A DNA stretch of 64,000 nt, taken from assembly GCA_017654855.1 (NCBI GenBank), contig CM030336.1:4154001-4218000 (forward strand), in the 5' to 3' direction. Both the position numbers and the translations under genes were made by a program. The DNA comes from Podospora anserina. Its lineage: Eukaryota. Shown here piece by piece: positions 1-13,401 of the stretch; position 1 is the stretch's first letter, and each line of letters starts with the position of its first letter. The notes below the pieces were generated by a model that was not told where the DNA came from, did not search any database, and saw nothing but the letters and a program-made list of their open reading frames with translations.

Positions 1-623
1 GCTGGCGGTGAGTGAGAAGGGAAGCTTCATGATACTGAGTGTTGGGCGAGGGGTATCTCGATCTTGAACGTAAAATGAGTGTCGTGGAAGCTGGAGCTCG
101 TATCTCGTGAAGCATCCAAGCGGTTTGTGACGTTTCAAAGATCGCAAGAAAAAAAGAAGAAAAAAAGCAGGAAAATATCCTCCTAAAGAAGATCCCATAT
201 CAAATATCATAGCAATGAAGCCATGTACAATTGTTTGTTGTTGACAATCCTTGGTGTGTCTCATCCATCAACCTTGTGTTACGATTGTCTACCCCTGAGA
301 GGATAATACCAAGATGTGAGACCCACCTGAATGCCAGGCACACGCTGCCAACAATCAGCATCATGGCGACCGACAGAGCGGAACAATCCCAAGTAGCTTA
401 GTATTATGCTCGGTCATCCGATCTGTCAAAAAATTCCAGCCCTTCTAGAAAAGGCTTGCGGAAGCAGGAGCAAGGGACAGTAGGCGATGGCGCAGGCAGG
501 TCATCCAAGTGATCAAAATTATCAATTATGACGACATCAAATATCCAAAAAGCCATGTACACGTCGTCCGTGGTATTCTCCAAAACGCATGCAAACAAAA
601 ATAAATACCACAAGCCAACATTA

Positions 624-1719
624 TCATTTTTGCCCTCCCACAGGACCACGCATCGGCCCAGTCGTCGCAAGTTCAGTCGGCACATTATGCCCCATCCTGA
701 AAGCCGTCGAGTCAGTCGCTGACAACTCCGCCATATTCGGGCTCGGCCCCATCGGCGGGAACTGGTGATAGTAGGTAGGCGTCTGCGAGAACTCCGAGAC
801 GGTTCGGCTGTGGCCGTGCGGTTGGTATGCTTGGAATGAGTGGTGTGGATCATATGGCGAAGGTGATCCTCCAAGCCCTGCTTGCTTGGGCGGGTGACCG
901 AATCCAGGGAAGGAATTTTGCAGATAAGGAGCTGAATGCCCGTCAGCTTGGAAAACCGGAGAAGTTGGGAAGGGACGTTGACTTACTGCTCTCGGGGCTG
1001 CTGAAGGTCGAGGTCACGGTTGGCTCATAGCCGACAGGTTTGAAGGTTGGAGTTGGCTGATAGCCACCTGCCTCTGTCACGAATGGTCTGATGTGGTTTT
1101 CTTGACTCTGTCGTACATTGCGTCGCCATCTCCAGAGAAGGAAGGCAATGAGGGCGAGGAAAAGGACAGCAGCTCCTGCCGCTATGCCCCCGATTGCTGC
1201 CGGGGGAATGCCACTGTTTGAGCTTGGCGTGGTGGTTGAGAGCTCTGGTCGCGGATCAGCGCCCGTGGTTGGAGTTGGAGTGGCGGTTGGTGTGCTTTGA
1301 GTTGTCGAGGTTGGCTCAATGCTAGTGGTCGTGGGTGAAGCTCCAACGAAGATTTGGCGATTATCCGGGTCAGGACTGAGGCGGGCAGCAACAAGCCGGT
1401 CGGTCGGGCACGATCCTCTATGACATGGGTTTATCTTGCAACAACCCAAGAAGGGTGGTGTGTTGCCAGCACAGGTCCACCACAATGCGCTCGAATCCGA
1501 ACTGTCGCATTCCTGGGCTGGAAGATCGAGGTAGCTGTCCTTGGAGAAGGATGCTGGCCGAAGGTTTTCTGGGGGACACGTTCCCGGTTCTCTCTGATAC
1601 CCAGTGGTGCACGGGTTGATGGTGCAGCAGCCGATGAACTCAGTCTTCTTTCCAAGACAAACATAAAAGGTGCCACCACTGGGGCAACTCGCGCCGAGGG
1701 AAGGAGGGATGTTTGCCAT
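624..1719 (-). CDS. Cys-rich, single-pass membrane protein (N-terminal Cys-rich domain, Ser/Thr/Pro stalk, TM helix, cytoplasmic tail)
   Basis: ATG at 1719, GT-AG intron 986..932 with GCTGAC branch site, TGA at 626-624; the spliced 1041 nt is in frame. Shows repeated F(I/L)GCCxINPC motifs, an S/T/P-rich linker and a TM segment AIGGIAAGAAVLFLALIAFLLW followed by RWRR. Confidence 0.8.
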
Positions 1720-3637
1720 GTCTGAGATAGCAACGTTCAAAGATCAAAACAAAGATGAAAGGGGGGACTAACAGAGCACCAAAGTCGCACATTGTCCACG
1801 AAAGAAAAGAGGGGCGAACACAGCAGAATATCTATCCCAGACCTCATCCACTATCGTCAACCAGGCTGTAGAGCCTGCAGCTGACACGGTGAGAAAGCTA
1901 CAGTATGCACCCTTACCCGCTCTGGACATGGAGCCCTGCCAGTCAATCTCAACACCAACATCGATAGCTGCAAGCCCACCGCACACCCATTATGCAGCCG
2001 GATACTTCATAGCCACAATGTGCCATGTTCATGTTGAGCTTCATCAACTAGCTACATGACGTCAATCCCACCTTTCCTGTTGCCTCCATGAGTTGCATTG
2101 CCTCAGTGCCGACCATGTTTCGTTCCATTTATTTGTTTCATCGTCTTGAAACTCAAAGGGCACTTTTCAAGAACCACACTCTTGGGAATAATAGCACTTT
2201 CATGAGCCGGTGAGGGTCCAGACCGCTACGGCAATCTCCAATCCCCTAGCGGACGAGGCTGAATTAGCCCCTGCCCCAGCAAAGAAGAAGAAAGAGCCAC
2301 ACCAGATCCCGATAATCCCATATAAGCACTTAGACTCCAGACAGTGTCCACCCAGAGCGCCACTCTCCCTCATCATCCTAGTTGGCAAAATGAGAGGCGC
2401 GAAGAAAGAGCTAGCAGAAAGCCAAGGTTTTTGGCAATCGTATTTGACAACAGGCATCTGCAGCTCTGAATAAAAATAACAAGTGAAACATTTCTGCCTC
2501 AGTCAACCACTGGTGCCAAGTTGTGATGGGGTGCTGCAGCCGGGCGGGGTTCGCATGGTGGTGGTGGTGGTGGTGGTGGGAGACAAACAACCTGGTAAAA
2601 GATGGCGTCGGGACCAAGACAAGGCTGGCGCAAAATGGTCTGGGCATTTGAGCTTGGGTTGTCGGATGGAGTTGGTTGAGTTTGGGGGCCGGGAAGGAAG
2701 GGCGGGCCGAGGGTTTGATCCGAGTGGTCGGGTTTGAGGAGGGACGAGGGTTGTGGTACTGGCGATGAAAGTGAGGGTTTGGTGATGGTGTTGCTGCTCT
2801 GTGTTTGGTGGTGGATGTGGGTTGCGGTCTCGTTTCGACTGGAGGGATGTTGGATGCCGAGCACAAAGTCGAAAGGCATGAGAATTCTGCAGGAGCAAGA
2901 CGTGGGGATATAAGTGCCTGGTTTGGAAGACTTAGCACCAGCCGAAACAACATGGAGTAAGCTTGGGCTGTTTGGTCCAGTGGTATGGCTACGGCACCAC
3001 TTCGATCCAAACTGAGAGAGACTAGGCAACACCGTGAGCCTGAGAACCCTGGACGACGGGGACGCCCCGAGTTCAACTCCCAGCAGGTGGTCGGGTACGG
3101 AACTCATTTGCATTTTTTTTCTTCCAACACCAAACTGACATTTTGCCCTCTGCGATCCAATTTTTGATCACCATCCACCAGCTAAGCCTCCTTCCGTGAC
3201 GACTTGGGTCTTTAGGGCTCGATCGTGGTCAATGGATGGCCAAGCAGGCTTTTGACGGCAAACATCGCCTTGTCCTACGACTCTGTTTTGTATGGCAGTC
3301 AAGTTGTCTCGCCCACTGCCAATCCCAGCTTTGCACCCGAGATCAACTATATATGACTCACCACCTTCCTTCCCGGCGTGACTGGTAACCACGATTTGAA
3401 GTTCAGGATATGAGGTGTTTATGGGACTTGCCGCCGCTTGCGACGCCGGTGCCAGGAGGTAACGGTGACAGTCGCACGCCAGCTCAGCAGTCACACTGCT
3501 CGATGCATGGAACAAAGATGGAATGGGGCCGTCGTCAACTCTAGGCAATAGGACGACGACGCATCATTTCTCGGCCCAGGCATAACTACCTTGAATTGCC
3601 TACAACGGGTGGGAATCGTCCAACTTCGTCGCTATTG

Positions 3638-4636
3638 ATGATGGCCTTCACACGTGTACGCACCATGATGCTGCTGCTTCTCAGCATTAGCAGCACCGTC
3701 TGCCATGCAATACCATCTCCAAACCTCAAAATCCAGACCTATATTACGCACCATAGTGGCAATACGGATGAGGTGCTGAATGTCCCCTTGTACCGGTACG
3801 TCGTAACCCCAAAATCTCTCCGCAAATTGTTTTTTCCCACCCCAAACTGTTCCTAAGAAAGTGTCTCGCGTGCCAGGACCACAGTCACAAATGCCATGAT
3901 AGCCTCGGGGCCGAATTCCCAGTCTGCCCGAGAGAGTAACAGCAATATGTCGTGCTTCTCCCTCGGTTACGGTCTTTCAGCTCGAGACTGCGAGTACATG
4001 GCGTCAATCGGCATGTTCGACCAAGGCCGGAACGCCATCTATAACAACGGCAAGATGTGGATTGGGCGGGACGGGCCGAACACCTTCACCTTCATCAACG
4101 GTGCTGGGGTGCCGATCATTCTCGTCATGTGGTACGCTTTCAACAAGGACAACACTTCCAGTTTCATGAATATCCGCCGTCCCGAGATCACGTACTCACT
4201 CCCCGAGACCGGAAGCGCAGTCGAGATCTCTGTTGCGAATGGGGTGCCGGGGGGTTGGTCAATGATTTACAACTACTCTACTCCGCTGAGCGAGTATGGG
4301 CAGATCAGGAACACGTTCGGGGAGTTCAGCACGGGCGATTACGCCACGGTTGATGTGTCGAGGTTGGTGAATATGGCGGGAAACTCGGTGACCGTTAGAG
4401 TGTTTGGCCACCAGCCTGTCGACACCACTCTACAGCCTGTATGCGTCACTGATATGCGCACTTGCGCGTATGTGTGCACCAGCAGGAGTGTGGGATCGTG
4501 CGGAGCGACGGGGAGTTATCAGTTGGTGAACTGTGGCGGACCCAACGCGGTGGAGGGGATTGATGAACACGGGAATCCCACCGGCGGTTGTCAGGGGTGG
4601 ACGAATGGGGGGCATATCGAAGTTATTTTCCTTTGA
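3638..4636 (+). CDS. Secreted Cys-rich protein (fungal effector/allergen-like)
   Basis: Signal-peptide exon (MMLLLLSISSTVCHA) joins the 246-aa ORF in frame through intron 3796..3876 (GTACGT...CAG). Cys-rich C-terminus CVTDMRTCAYVC...GGCQG. Confidence 0.75.
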
Positions 4637-5088
4637 GTTTTGGGGATTTGGACGGGAATCGGCGGCTGTTTGTTGGGGGAAAAAAAACCAGAACGAGGGT
4701 TGAGAGTGGGGCGTTGAAAGGGAATTTTGACAATGTTTGATTTCTACTCTCATTATATTCGATACGAATAACCAGAGCCATGGACTGGGGTAACAGCCAC
4801 AGCCTGAAAATGATTGCTCATGAAAAGTGAAGGGATTCCGAAGTTGCCTTGTGGTTGGCAGTGGATCATCAGATCGCAGGGGCCTGTGGGGCGATTGATA
4901 AGCTGTGTGGCTGTTATCAGATGGTCGCACAATGCCCCACTTCGCGACCACATCATCTGGGAGCACTGACCGTCTCACCACGGCAGATTCACCGGTGATG
5001 CTTTGTTGCACCTTTCTTTCTCTTCTCTCTGAAGAAAAAGTTGCCGAATCATTGTTTCATCGCTGATTTTGGCCAAGCACACGTGAAA

Positions 5089-6200
5089 ATGAGCGACGCA
5101 AACAAAACCACCGACGTTGTGGCTCCCGCCGACGCGCCGGTAGTCGCACCGGAGCCCGTCACCGCCACGGCCCCAGCTACCGAACCCGCTGCGAAGCCGG
5201 AGGCGCCCGTCACCACCGCCATCACCTCAGCCACAGAGCCCACCGCTACCGCCACAACCACCACTGCTGCGCCTGCCGCTACAGAGACAACCGGTGATGC
5301 CAAACCTGAGACAGAACAGGAAGCCTCTCCACTCGCCCAGCTCTGGGAAGCCGCCAAGAACCATGGTCACCCTGAGATCTGGGGTGTGCCCCTTGCCGAC
5401 CCGGCCAACCACATTCCCAGCCAGATCGTTTTCCAAAAGTATCTCAACGCCAACGATGGCGACCTCGCCAAGGCCAGAGACCAGCTGATCAAGACTTTGG
5501 ACTGGCGCAAGAAGTCTGACCCGTTGGACCTGGTGCGCAGGATGTACTCCAAGTCCAAGTTTGAAGGGCTGGGGTTTGTCACCACCTATGTCGTGGACGG
5601 CAAGGAGGTTGATGAACCCGAGGAGAGAGAGATCTTCACCTGGAACATCTACGGTGGTGTGAAGAGCATTGATGAGACCTTTGGTAATCTGGAGGAGTAG
5701 GTTCCCCTGACAAGTCTCACTGCAGTAGTCAGCTAACTCGCAACAGGTTCATCAACTGGCGCGTCGCCCTCATGGAACTCGCTCTCCAAGAGCTCAACAT
5801 CTGCGGCGCCATCAAGCCCATCACCGCCGACTACGACCCCTACAAGCTCTTCCAGGTCCATGATTACAAGTCCATCTCCTTCCTCCGCTCCCCTCCTCAC
5901 GTCAAGTCTGCCAGCGCCGAGACCATCAAGGTCTTTGCGCAGAACTACCCCGAGCTGCTCAAGGAGAAGTTCTTTGTCAATGTCCCAGCTATCATGGGCT
6001 TTGTCTACGGCTTCATGAAGCTGTTTGTCGCTCCCAAGACCATCAAGAAGTTCCATCCCATGTCCAATGGCGCGAACCTGGCCAAGGAGTTTGCCGAGAG
6101 TAGGATCAAGGGGCTGGGGGAGAAGTTGCCGGCTGAGTACGGTGGTAAGGGCGGGGAGTTGAAGGCTGTGGGGAAGGAGCCTTTTTTGACGGCGGAGTAA
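5089..6200 (+). CDS. SFH5: Sec14-family (CRAL-TRIO) phosphatidylinositol transfer protein Sfh5
   Basis: Motifs HGHPEIWGV, KYLNANDGD, FTWNIYG, QVHDYKSISFLR, NYPELLKEKFFVNVP and LPAEYGG; intron 5697..5746 joins the two ORFs in frame. Confidence 0.92.
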
Positions 6201-6589
6201 TTGGTCGATTGGAATCTGTTTAGGATCAATGGATTGGTAATGGCAAGAAAAGGAACAATAGGGGCTGATAGAGGGAATCGGGACAGAACGGCCTGTCTGT
6301 TTGTTAATGCAGAAAGAAATGGACTACACCAGAAATTGGCAACTACCATCATCACGAAGAGTGATGCCTGAATTGCGTCAGCCTGTTTTTATGTAACGTG
6401 CATAAGTATTGAACTTGAATAACCCCGCATTCCACATGGTGCTGTTTGGAGGACCCCACCTTTTGTGTAGCTAGCTATTTCTTTGAACAACCGAGTTTTG
6501 AACGGCGCTGTTTTTGTCACTACATCGTTGCCATCGCGCCCTCAGCTCATCTCCCAGACCACTGGAACTACTTTACCTACTGTGACAAA

Positions 6590-7149
6590 ATGCCCCTCAT
6601 AACCGGCCTCCACCATGTCTGTCCCGTCCCCTCCCCTCCTTCACTTGGTTGTAGCTAATATTCCATGACAGGTCAACCTCATCGTCCCACCCAACACCCT
6701 CCCCGAAGCCAACGCGTTCTACGGGAAGACGTTGGGTCTGACGCCCCGGCCGGTGCCGCAGTTGCAGAAGGACAGGCTGGCGTGGTTTGATATCGGGACG
6801 TCGGGGCAGCAGATTCATATTGCTTTTGGGAGGCCAGAGGTTGATTTCACTGAGGAGGCGAAAGGGGCGTCGAGGCATCCGTGTTTCAAGGTTGGGAGTT
6901 TGGAGGAGCTGGGGGAGTTGCAGAGGAGGGTTTGGGGGCATTTTAGGGGGGTGGGGGAGGAGTGGGAACGGGGAAGGCCGTTGGGGTGTGATGAGCCGGG
7001 GAAGGAGGATTCTGGCGAGTACTCATGAGGCGGGATATTGTAGGGGGAACGGTACTAACGGGTGGTTAACAGGTGCGAAAGGGGTCGAGTACCCGACGAG
7101 GTTCTTTGCGAGGGATTATGCAGGGAATCGCTTGGAATTTACGCTGTGA
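6590..7149 (+). CDS. Glyoxalase/VOC-fold protein
   Basis: Spliced MPLITGLHHV|NLIVP...AFYGKTLGL...QIHIAFG...RHPCF...RFFARDYAGNRLEFTL; introns 6617..6671 and 7015..7072 (the second with a GC donor). Confidence 0.85.
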
Positions 7150-7803
7150 GAGGGGGTGATGATGGGGGTGGGGTCTTGGGGTTGTGTTCAGTAATCATCA
7201 GGTGATTGGGATGGCTTTCATGCTAGCTATGCTAATTGATCATGATAGTACTGAATTTGGATTTTGTTGGCTTCATACCTATTCTTTGATAAGGCTGATC
7301 GAGGCCCGGTAATCCCGTTCCCATTGCGGCCGAGTGCGGGTTTCTCATGGCATTCCCCTGTCAATCCTCATTCAGAATCCTAATATCTGCAAGTTCACGC
7401 TCAGACGTTCCTCACAGTTACATCAAGACCAAATGCTGGGTCATGCTGGCAGAGCATGCAGCTGCTATTGGTAAACCTTGCTCTGACTCAGCGACCCGAA
7501 CAATAGAATCTTCGGATGTTCCACGCATACTTCTTTTCAGGGAGGCAAAGTTCCCGCGAATGATTTTGAAGGTGCTGTGCTTGGGCTCATTATGGGTGAG
7601 CACTTGCTTCTTGGCTTCACATATCGGGTTGGTGAGATGCCGACCCCGCGCCTACGATCAATGAGCGACCTCGAGAGGTGGAGATGGAGGGGAATGTTAC
7701 ACTCAAAAGGGTAGGTATCTTGCAGCCTGATGCGGATAAAAAGGGTGGTCTGCTGCCTGTTCCACCCTTGAATCTCTTTTGCTGATCTTAACATCCTTCC
7801 AAG

Positions 7804-9645
7804 ATGGCAACGGACGAGATCTATGACTTTATCATTGTTGGTGGTCGGTAGCTATCAGTGACCCCTGTTTGCATGCTGATTATGGTACTAACAACGCTAC
7901 AGGTGGTCCAGCTGGCAGCGCTCTGGCGTATGGCCTGTCTCAATGCCCGAAGCCGCCCAAAGTTCTCATCCTTGAGGCAGGTGGTGACAATGAAGACAAG
8001 AACCTTCGTGTCGATGGTCAGCGCTGGTTGACGTTCACGAAAGAGGGGATGAACTGGGGATATAAAACCACCCCTCAAGAATTTTGCAATAACCGTGAGA
8101 TTGACTACTCTCGTGGCAAAGGCCTTGGCGGATCAACCGCCATCAACTTTGGTGTCTTTACCGTGGGTGCCAAAGACGACTACGACACTTGGGCCGAGAT
8201 GACCGGAGATGATGACTTTGCATGGGACAAGATCAACGACCGGTTCAAGAGGATTGTGACAGTGCACCCGGAAGTTCCTCCGGGGACAGATAAGAAGTAT
8301 GCCTCGCTCACACAAAACGGCAGCAATGGTCCGGTCCACGTAGGGTATGCCGCTGAGTTCGAAGAGGACCTCCTCCCGCTTCTTGAGCAGTTCGAGCAAG
8401 GCGGCTTCCCCCTGAACTCAGACCACAATTCTGGCAACCCTCTGGGCATGTCGGTTCTCATCAGCTCAGCCTATCGCGGCCTCAGATCAACAAGCAAAGA
8501 CCTTCTTGCCAACCTCCCCCCGAGTTTCACCGTCTTGACCAACTCCCCCGTGCAGAGGATCATTTTCGACTCCAACAAGAAAGCCACCGGCGTCGAGTCC
8601 AACTCTCGGGTCTTTCACGCCAAGAACGAAGTCCTTCTCTCCGCTGGCGCCCTGGACTCGCCTCGGGTTTTAATGCACTCCGGCGTCGGCCCGGCAGATC
8701 AGCTCTCCCAGTTCAATATCCCGATCATTGCTGACATTCCCTCGGTCGGCCAGAATCTCCGCGACCACTGCTTCGTCCCGCTTGTATACAAACGCTCACC
8801 CAACTCCATCACGCCTCTCTCCTCCCGTTCAGCCTTTTGGTCTGATCAGACACAAATGGATGTGGCTCTTGAGCAGTGGAAGACCAACCCTGGTGCTACA
8901 CCCGTCAACCCCTGGGGCAAATACGCCTGTGAACTCGGCATTGGCTTCTTCAAGCTTGACTCTATAACCAGCTCAAAGGAGTTCCTGTCCCTGCCAGAAG
9001 AGGAGAAGAAATACTTGAACAAAGAGACCATTCCGCATTACGAAGTCATCACGCACTTCCCCATGCATTGGTTTCTCCCAGGCTTTCCCGCAAACCGAGG
9101 AACCAACACTCTTATCGATTACACCTGCTTCTTGGTCTTCCTCTACAACGCCCAGACTTTGGGGACTGTCAGACTCCAATCATCTGATCCGGCGGTGCCA
9201 TTGTTGTTTGACCCCAGGTTCTTGGCTCATGAGTTTGACCGGAAGGCTGCCGTGGAGTCATTGAGGGAGATAGTCAAGTTTACTGAGAGTGAAAATTTCA
9301 AGCAGGGGGTGGATGTGGATGGGATTATTGCTGGTCCGAAGGGGAAGGACGCCGGTGATGAGGAACTGCTGGAGTATTGGAAGGAAAATATCTCTAGTAG
9401 TTGGCACATGACGGGGACGTGTAAAATGGGGGAGGTGGTGGATGCTGACTTTAAGGTGAAGGGGGTGGAGGGGGTGAGGGTGGTGGATATGAGTGCTGTG
9501 CCTGTGTTGGTCAGTGGGCATACACAGGCTGTTGCTTGTAAGTGAATTTTCTTGGAGTTGAAGTGTGAGGCCTATGGCTAACATGAGGGTAGATGTTACG
9601 GGATATACGGCCGCGGAGAAGATTTTGAGAGAGTATGGACTTTAA
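7804..9645 (+). CDS. GMC oxidoreductase (AA3-type, no signal peptide)
   Basis: YDFIIVGGGPAG FAD motif across intron 1, RGKGLGGSTAIN, LSAGALDSPRVLMHSGVG, VGQNLRDH, SWHMTGTCKMG and GVRVVDMS; short last exon ends at TAA 9643-9645. Confidence 0.93.
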
Positions 9646-9919
9646 GTTAACTGAATTATAGAGATGAAAGATCAGTACGGTAGAAATGCTATGTAGGCCG
9701 TGCGGCATTAAATGGTGACCGAGCGGGGGTATCTTGGTCAAAATCACCTGGTACGGCACCTGTGAAATCTCTACTCCCATATCCCGTATCGCGCCCATTT
9801 CACACGGCGTCGTGTGGTAACTCCGCAGGGTTCAAGAACTCTGATCTGAAAAATCCATGGTCAAAAACATCGCCAGGAAATCATCGTATCTGTGTGACAG
9901 ACTCGCCTAAACGCGTCCC

Positions 9920-10781
9920 TTAATCAGCGGCGTGCAAAATACCCTCTAGAACCTCAATGCTCTTCTGAAACCTCTCGTGTGCATTTATCATCTCCTCAAA
10001 CCTCTCCTCGAGCTGGCCAATGTGTACCTGCAGACTCGCAATGAGGGCCTCGTCGTCCGGAATAATGAAGTTCGTATTCTCCTCTCTTTGAAGGTGCTCC
10101 TTCGCCAACGCTAAACGCTCCTCCAAATCACCATCCACCACATCGTCATCCTCATGCATATTCTCCTCCCACTCCTCATCCATAACACCAACCATCGCCT
10201 CATCATCCCCACCAGAGTCAACAACGCGGCTTTTTTCTCCTGTGAAAGAATTCCAACAAACTTTCCGCATCCTTTTCGGTATGTTCACAGGAAGTCCTCT
10301 TTGGGCCGGGCTCGTTGAGCCGTTTCTGGCGCTCAAACGGAAGCTTCTACTTGACGACCTCCCGACCATCGCAGATGCTGGCAATACGATTCATTGTCAA
10401 GAAATAGTGCTTACCCCTCGTGAGGGGCCACATCATGTCAAAATCAGCAGCTTTGTTAGCTCCCCAGACCTGAAAACAAGCGGCTCGTCGTCTTTGCTTG
10501 TATCCAAGGTCGGCTATGTCGTTGTCGGAAAGCATTGTATGTTGTGCGATTGTGTTGTCTAGAAATCTGTCAGCACCACACCTGTCTTTGAGGGCGAGAT
10601 GTTCTCGACTTGCTTGCGTGATGAGGGGATTCCGTTTGAGCAAAGTGCTCTGAATATAACAATAAGGGCTATCCAAAACGCGCTTTCCCTGACTGAGGCT
10701 ATCAACGTCCTGGTGGTGCCTTGGACTGCCTCTCGGGGATGCTGCCTGAGGAGCCATGATATCACCACTACCGGTGAGCAC
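9920..10781 (-). CDS. Hypothetical protein with acidic, coiled-coil C-terminus; 5' structure uncertain
   Basis: The 154-aa ORF ends in an acidic, heptad-like segment (LQVHIGQLEERFEEMINAH). The overlapping upstream ORF is in another frame, implying an intron or frameshift that I could not resolve. Confidence 0.4.
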
Positions 10782-10955
10782 CTGTACCAGCAGTGCAAGA
10801 TATTATTACAGGGTGATTTATGGACTGATGATTGAATATGTCCTCACAACGGATGATCGACATCTGATGGTGTTGAAATATAGCATTTGGAAAATGGGTG
10901 GTGAAATGGCAAGAGTTTCAAGACCAAAAGGCCTAGCCTCTCAGAGTATGTGACA

Positions 10956-12304
10956 TCAGTCGTCTTCCATCTCCGATACTGCCTCTGCAAACTGTTTCCA
11001 TAACTCAGACATTCCATCAACATTTTCATGCTCTTCTCCTCCATATAAAAGCCACATCTCGTCTGCTCTCTGGATAAATACCCCTGCCTTTTTCAGCTCG
11101 TTCAGCTCGATGTAAGCTCTGGCAAAATGGGCATAATACTCCACCAGCTGCGGCTGTAGTTCTTCTTTCTCGATCAACATCATCGCCTCCCTGACCAGCT
11201 GGTCAACCCTCTCCACACTCCCCAACTCAGCAGCCTTCCCCAACGTCTGGTAGATCTCCAGGATCCTGTCTCTCCGATCATCAGCAGCCTCCCTCTCCCT
11301 TGCCGGCGCAGCGCAAAGTGCACACTGACACTGAAACCCCCACGGCTGAAGGACCGCCTTCCTCTGCTCGTGAGTGTACCCGAGCGGTGCATCTGCAATC
11401 CCATGTCAGCAACCCGTTCTACCCCTAACTGACAAAACAAAGCAAACTCACAGCTATGCGCCACCTCCTCCCCCTTTCCGATTCCTCTCAGAGCAACCAC
11501 TTCCATAGCCATCTTACTCGGCACCCACCTCCAAAACGCATTCGGCCTGCAGTTGTGATTCACCCTCGACCCCTCAAGAAAAAGCGCCAAGTGCCCCTCC
11601 CCCGCGATCTCAATCCCGAAGCCGTTTGTCCTTAGCACGTCCACGACTACAAAATATTATTAGCATACCCGTCCTGACTCCATCACATGACAATATCACT
11701 CACCCCAATCCTTTTCATTGCTAGGATTACTCCTCGCCAACCCCTCCACCTCCCTCCTCGTCTCCTCGGGCAGATTTCCCACCGCCAAATCAAGCATCCT
11801 CCTCTTGTTCTTGGCCGAGTACCGATCCCCATTGATAAACTCCAACCTGACGATCAAGACGGGAAAGCCAACCATTATCGTCTCGTGTTGCTTGAAGTTG
11901 CCTGTTGCAACCAGACCAAGGCCGCGGTTGGGGAGAGGGGCGATTTTCCATTTTTCTGCGGAGGTGTTGAAGCGGCGGAAGGGAGAGGGAACGAGGGAGT
12001 CATCAAGGGCAGGGGAAATTAAAGCTGCGGCTAAGGGGGGGAAGGTGATGACGGAAAGGCCTTGGTTGCGGATGTGGGGGGTGGTGAAGATGCAATCGGG
12101 GGGTCCGGACTCGTAGCCGTCTGATGGGGTTGGGCACCAGGGGGTGGGGGACCAGAAACTGCCGTCTGACTCGAGGGGGCAGGTTGGGATAGGGGAGGAG
12201 AGGAGGGGGGTGGGGAGGCAGGTTGTGTATTGGGCGGATGCGAGAACTGAAGAGGAGAAGGTAGAGATGACGAGGAGGGAGATGGTGTCAGGGAGGCGCT
12301 TCAT
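10956..12304 (-). CDS. SET-domain protein with signal-peptide-like N-terminus
   Basis: GLGLVAT, SRVNHNCRPNA, ALRGIGKGEEVAHS and post-SET WGFQCQCALC across two introns near 11650-11700 and 11393-11451; hydrophobic N-terminus ISLLVISTFSSSVLASA. Confidence 0.88.
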
Positions 12305-13401
12305 TTTGATGTGGGGAAGAAGATAGGTCAGTTAAGTGAGGGTACCGTCATCTCGATCGTGGACGGTGCTGAGTTATAAGTCGGCTTACAAGAGCGAGGA
12401 GCGGCAGAGACATGATACACAAACTGAACATGACACATGGTCGGTTCTTGTTTTAGTCTATACAGCCGGCTTAGCCAGGAAATTATATCAGACGGGTTTA
12501 GCCAATGAGGGAGGTTTTGTAGATTCTTGTGGCTGGTTGAGCTTGGGTAGTGGTGGTAATTAACCGAGTGGAGGGCCAGGGTCATTCCAGACAGAGTCTT
12601 GGGCAGGAATCAGGATTGGCTTTTATATCTATGAATGTATTGAAATGTCCGCATTCTATGAAGAAGCTGTTAATACTGATAAATGCAAAGCAATGTGATA
12701 ATTATTCAATCCCTGGTCTTGTCTCACAATGCCGACTAGGTTCAAATGATAGTCGGAGGAGTCAAGGATCAATTGATGAATCAGGGCAATCTCAGGTTGC
12801 CAGACTGGCCGACACCGCTCCTTGGAAAGTTTAATATCTTGTTGACTGCCCCTGAATGTTGACCTTGGACTGGTTGGTTGGTTGGTGAACCACAGCAGTC
12901 TTGGTGCCGCATGTCGATGTCCGGAACCGGGTGGGATTTTGTGGTGTTCACGTCAAACACGTCAACAAAAAGACATGTCCGATGTGGAGTCTCCCTTCTT
13001 TGCTGTGACCGGGCAGCAACGAAACAAATACTAGTCTAAAAAAAAAAAATAAGAAAATGCGTGCACGTCCGCGATACCCGGCCATCTGGCCAACCACGGC
13101 CCGTCGTTCGCTTAAAAGTGGGGATGATCTACTCCAAGAAAGGAAAAAAATAAAAAATAAAAAAGGGGAGATGCCCTGGAAGCTCGAGCTCAAAAAAAAA
13201 AAAAAAGACAAAGCTTCTTGCCCCTCTTCTCATTGTCGTAATCAACTCCTCTTTTTTTATTTTTTATTTTTTTCTTTTTTTTATCTTCCACTCACTGCCA
13301 ACGTTCTTTCCTTTTTCTTCTTCCTCACTTTGCCTTCGCTCCACCACCACCACTTTTTTTTCTGCACCTGCATTCAACCACTGGCTTTCTTCCCTTCAAA
13401 C

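Noticed and set aside
2411-3113. Overlapping ORFs with poly-His/Pro/Val
   Set aside because: Produced by a (GGT)n microsatellite at about 2557-2580 and strand-biased composition; no recognisable domain.
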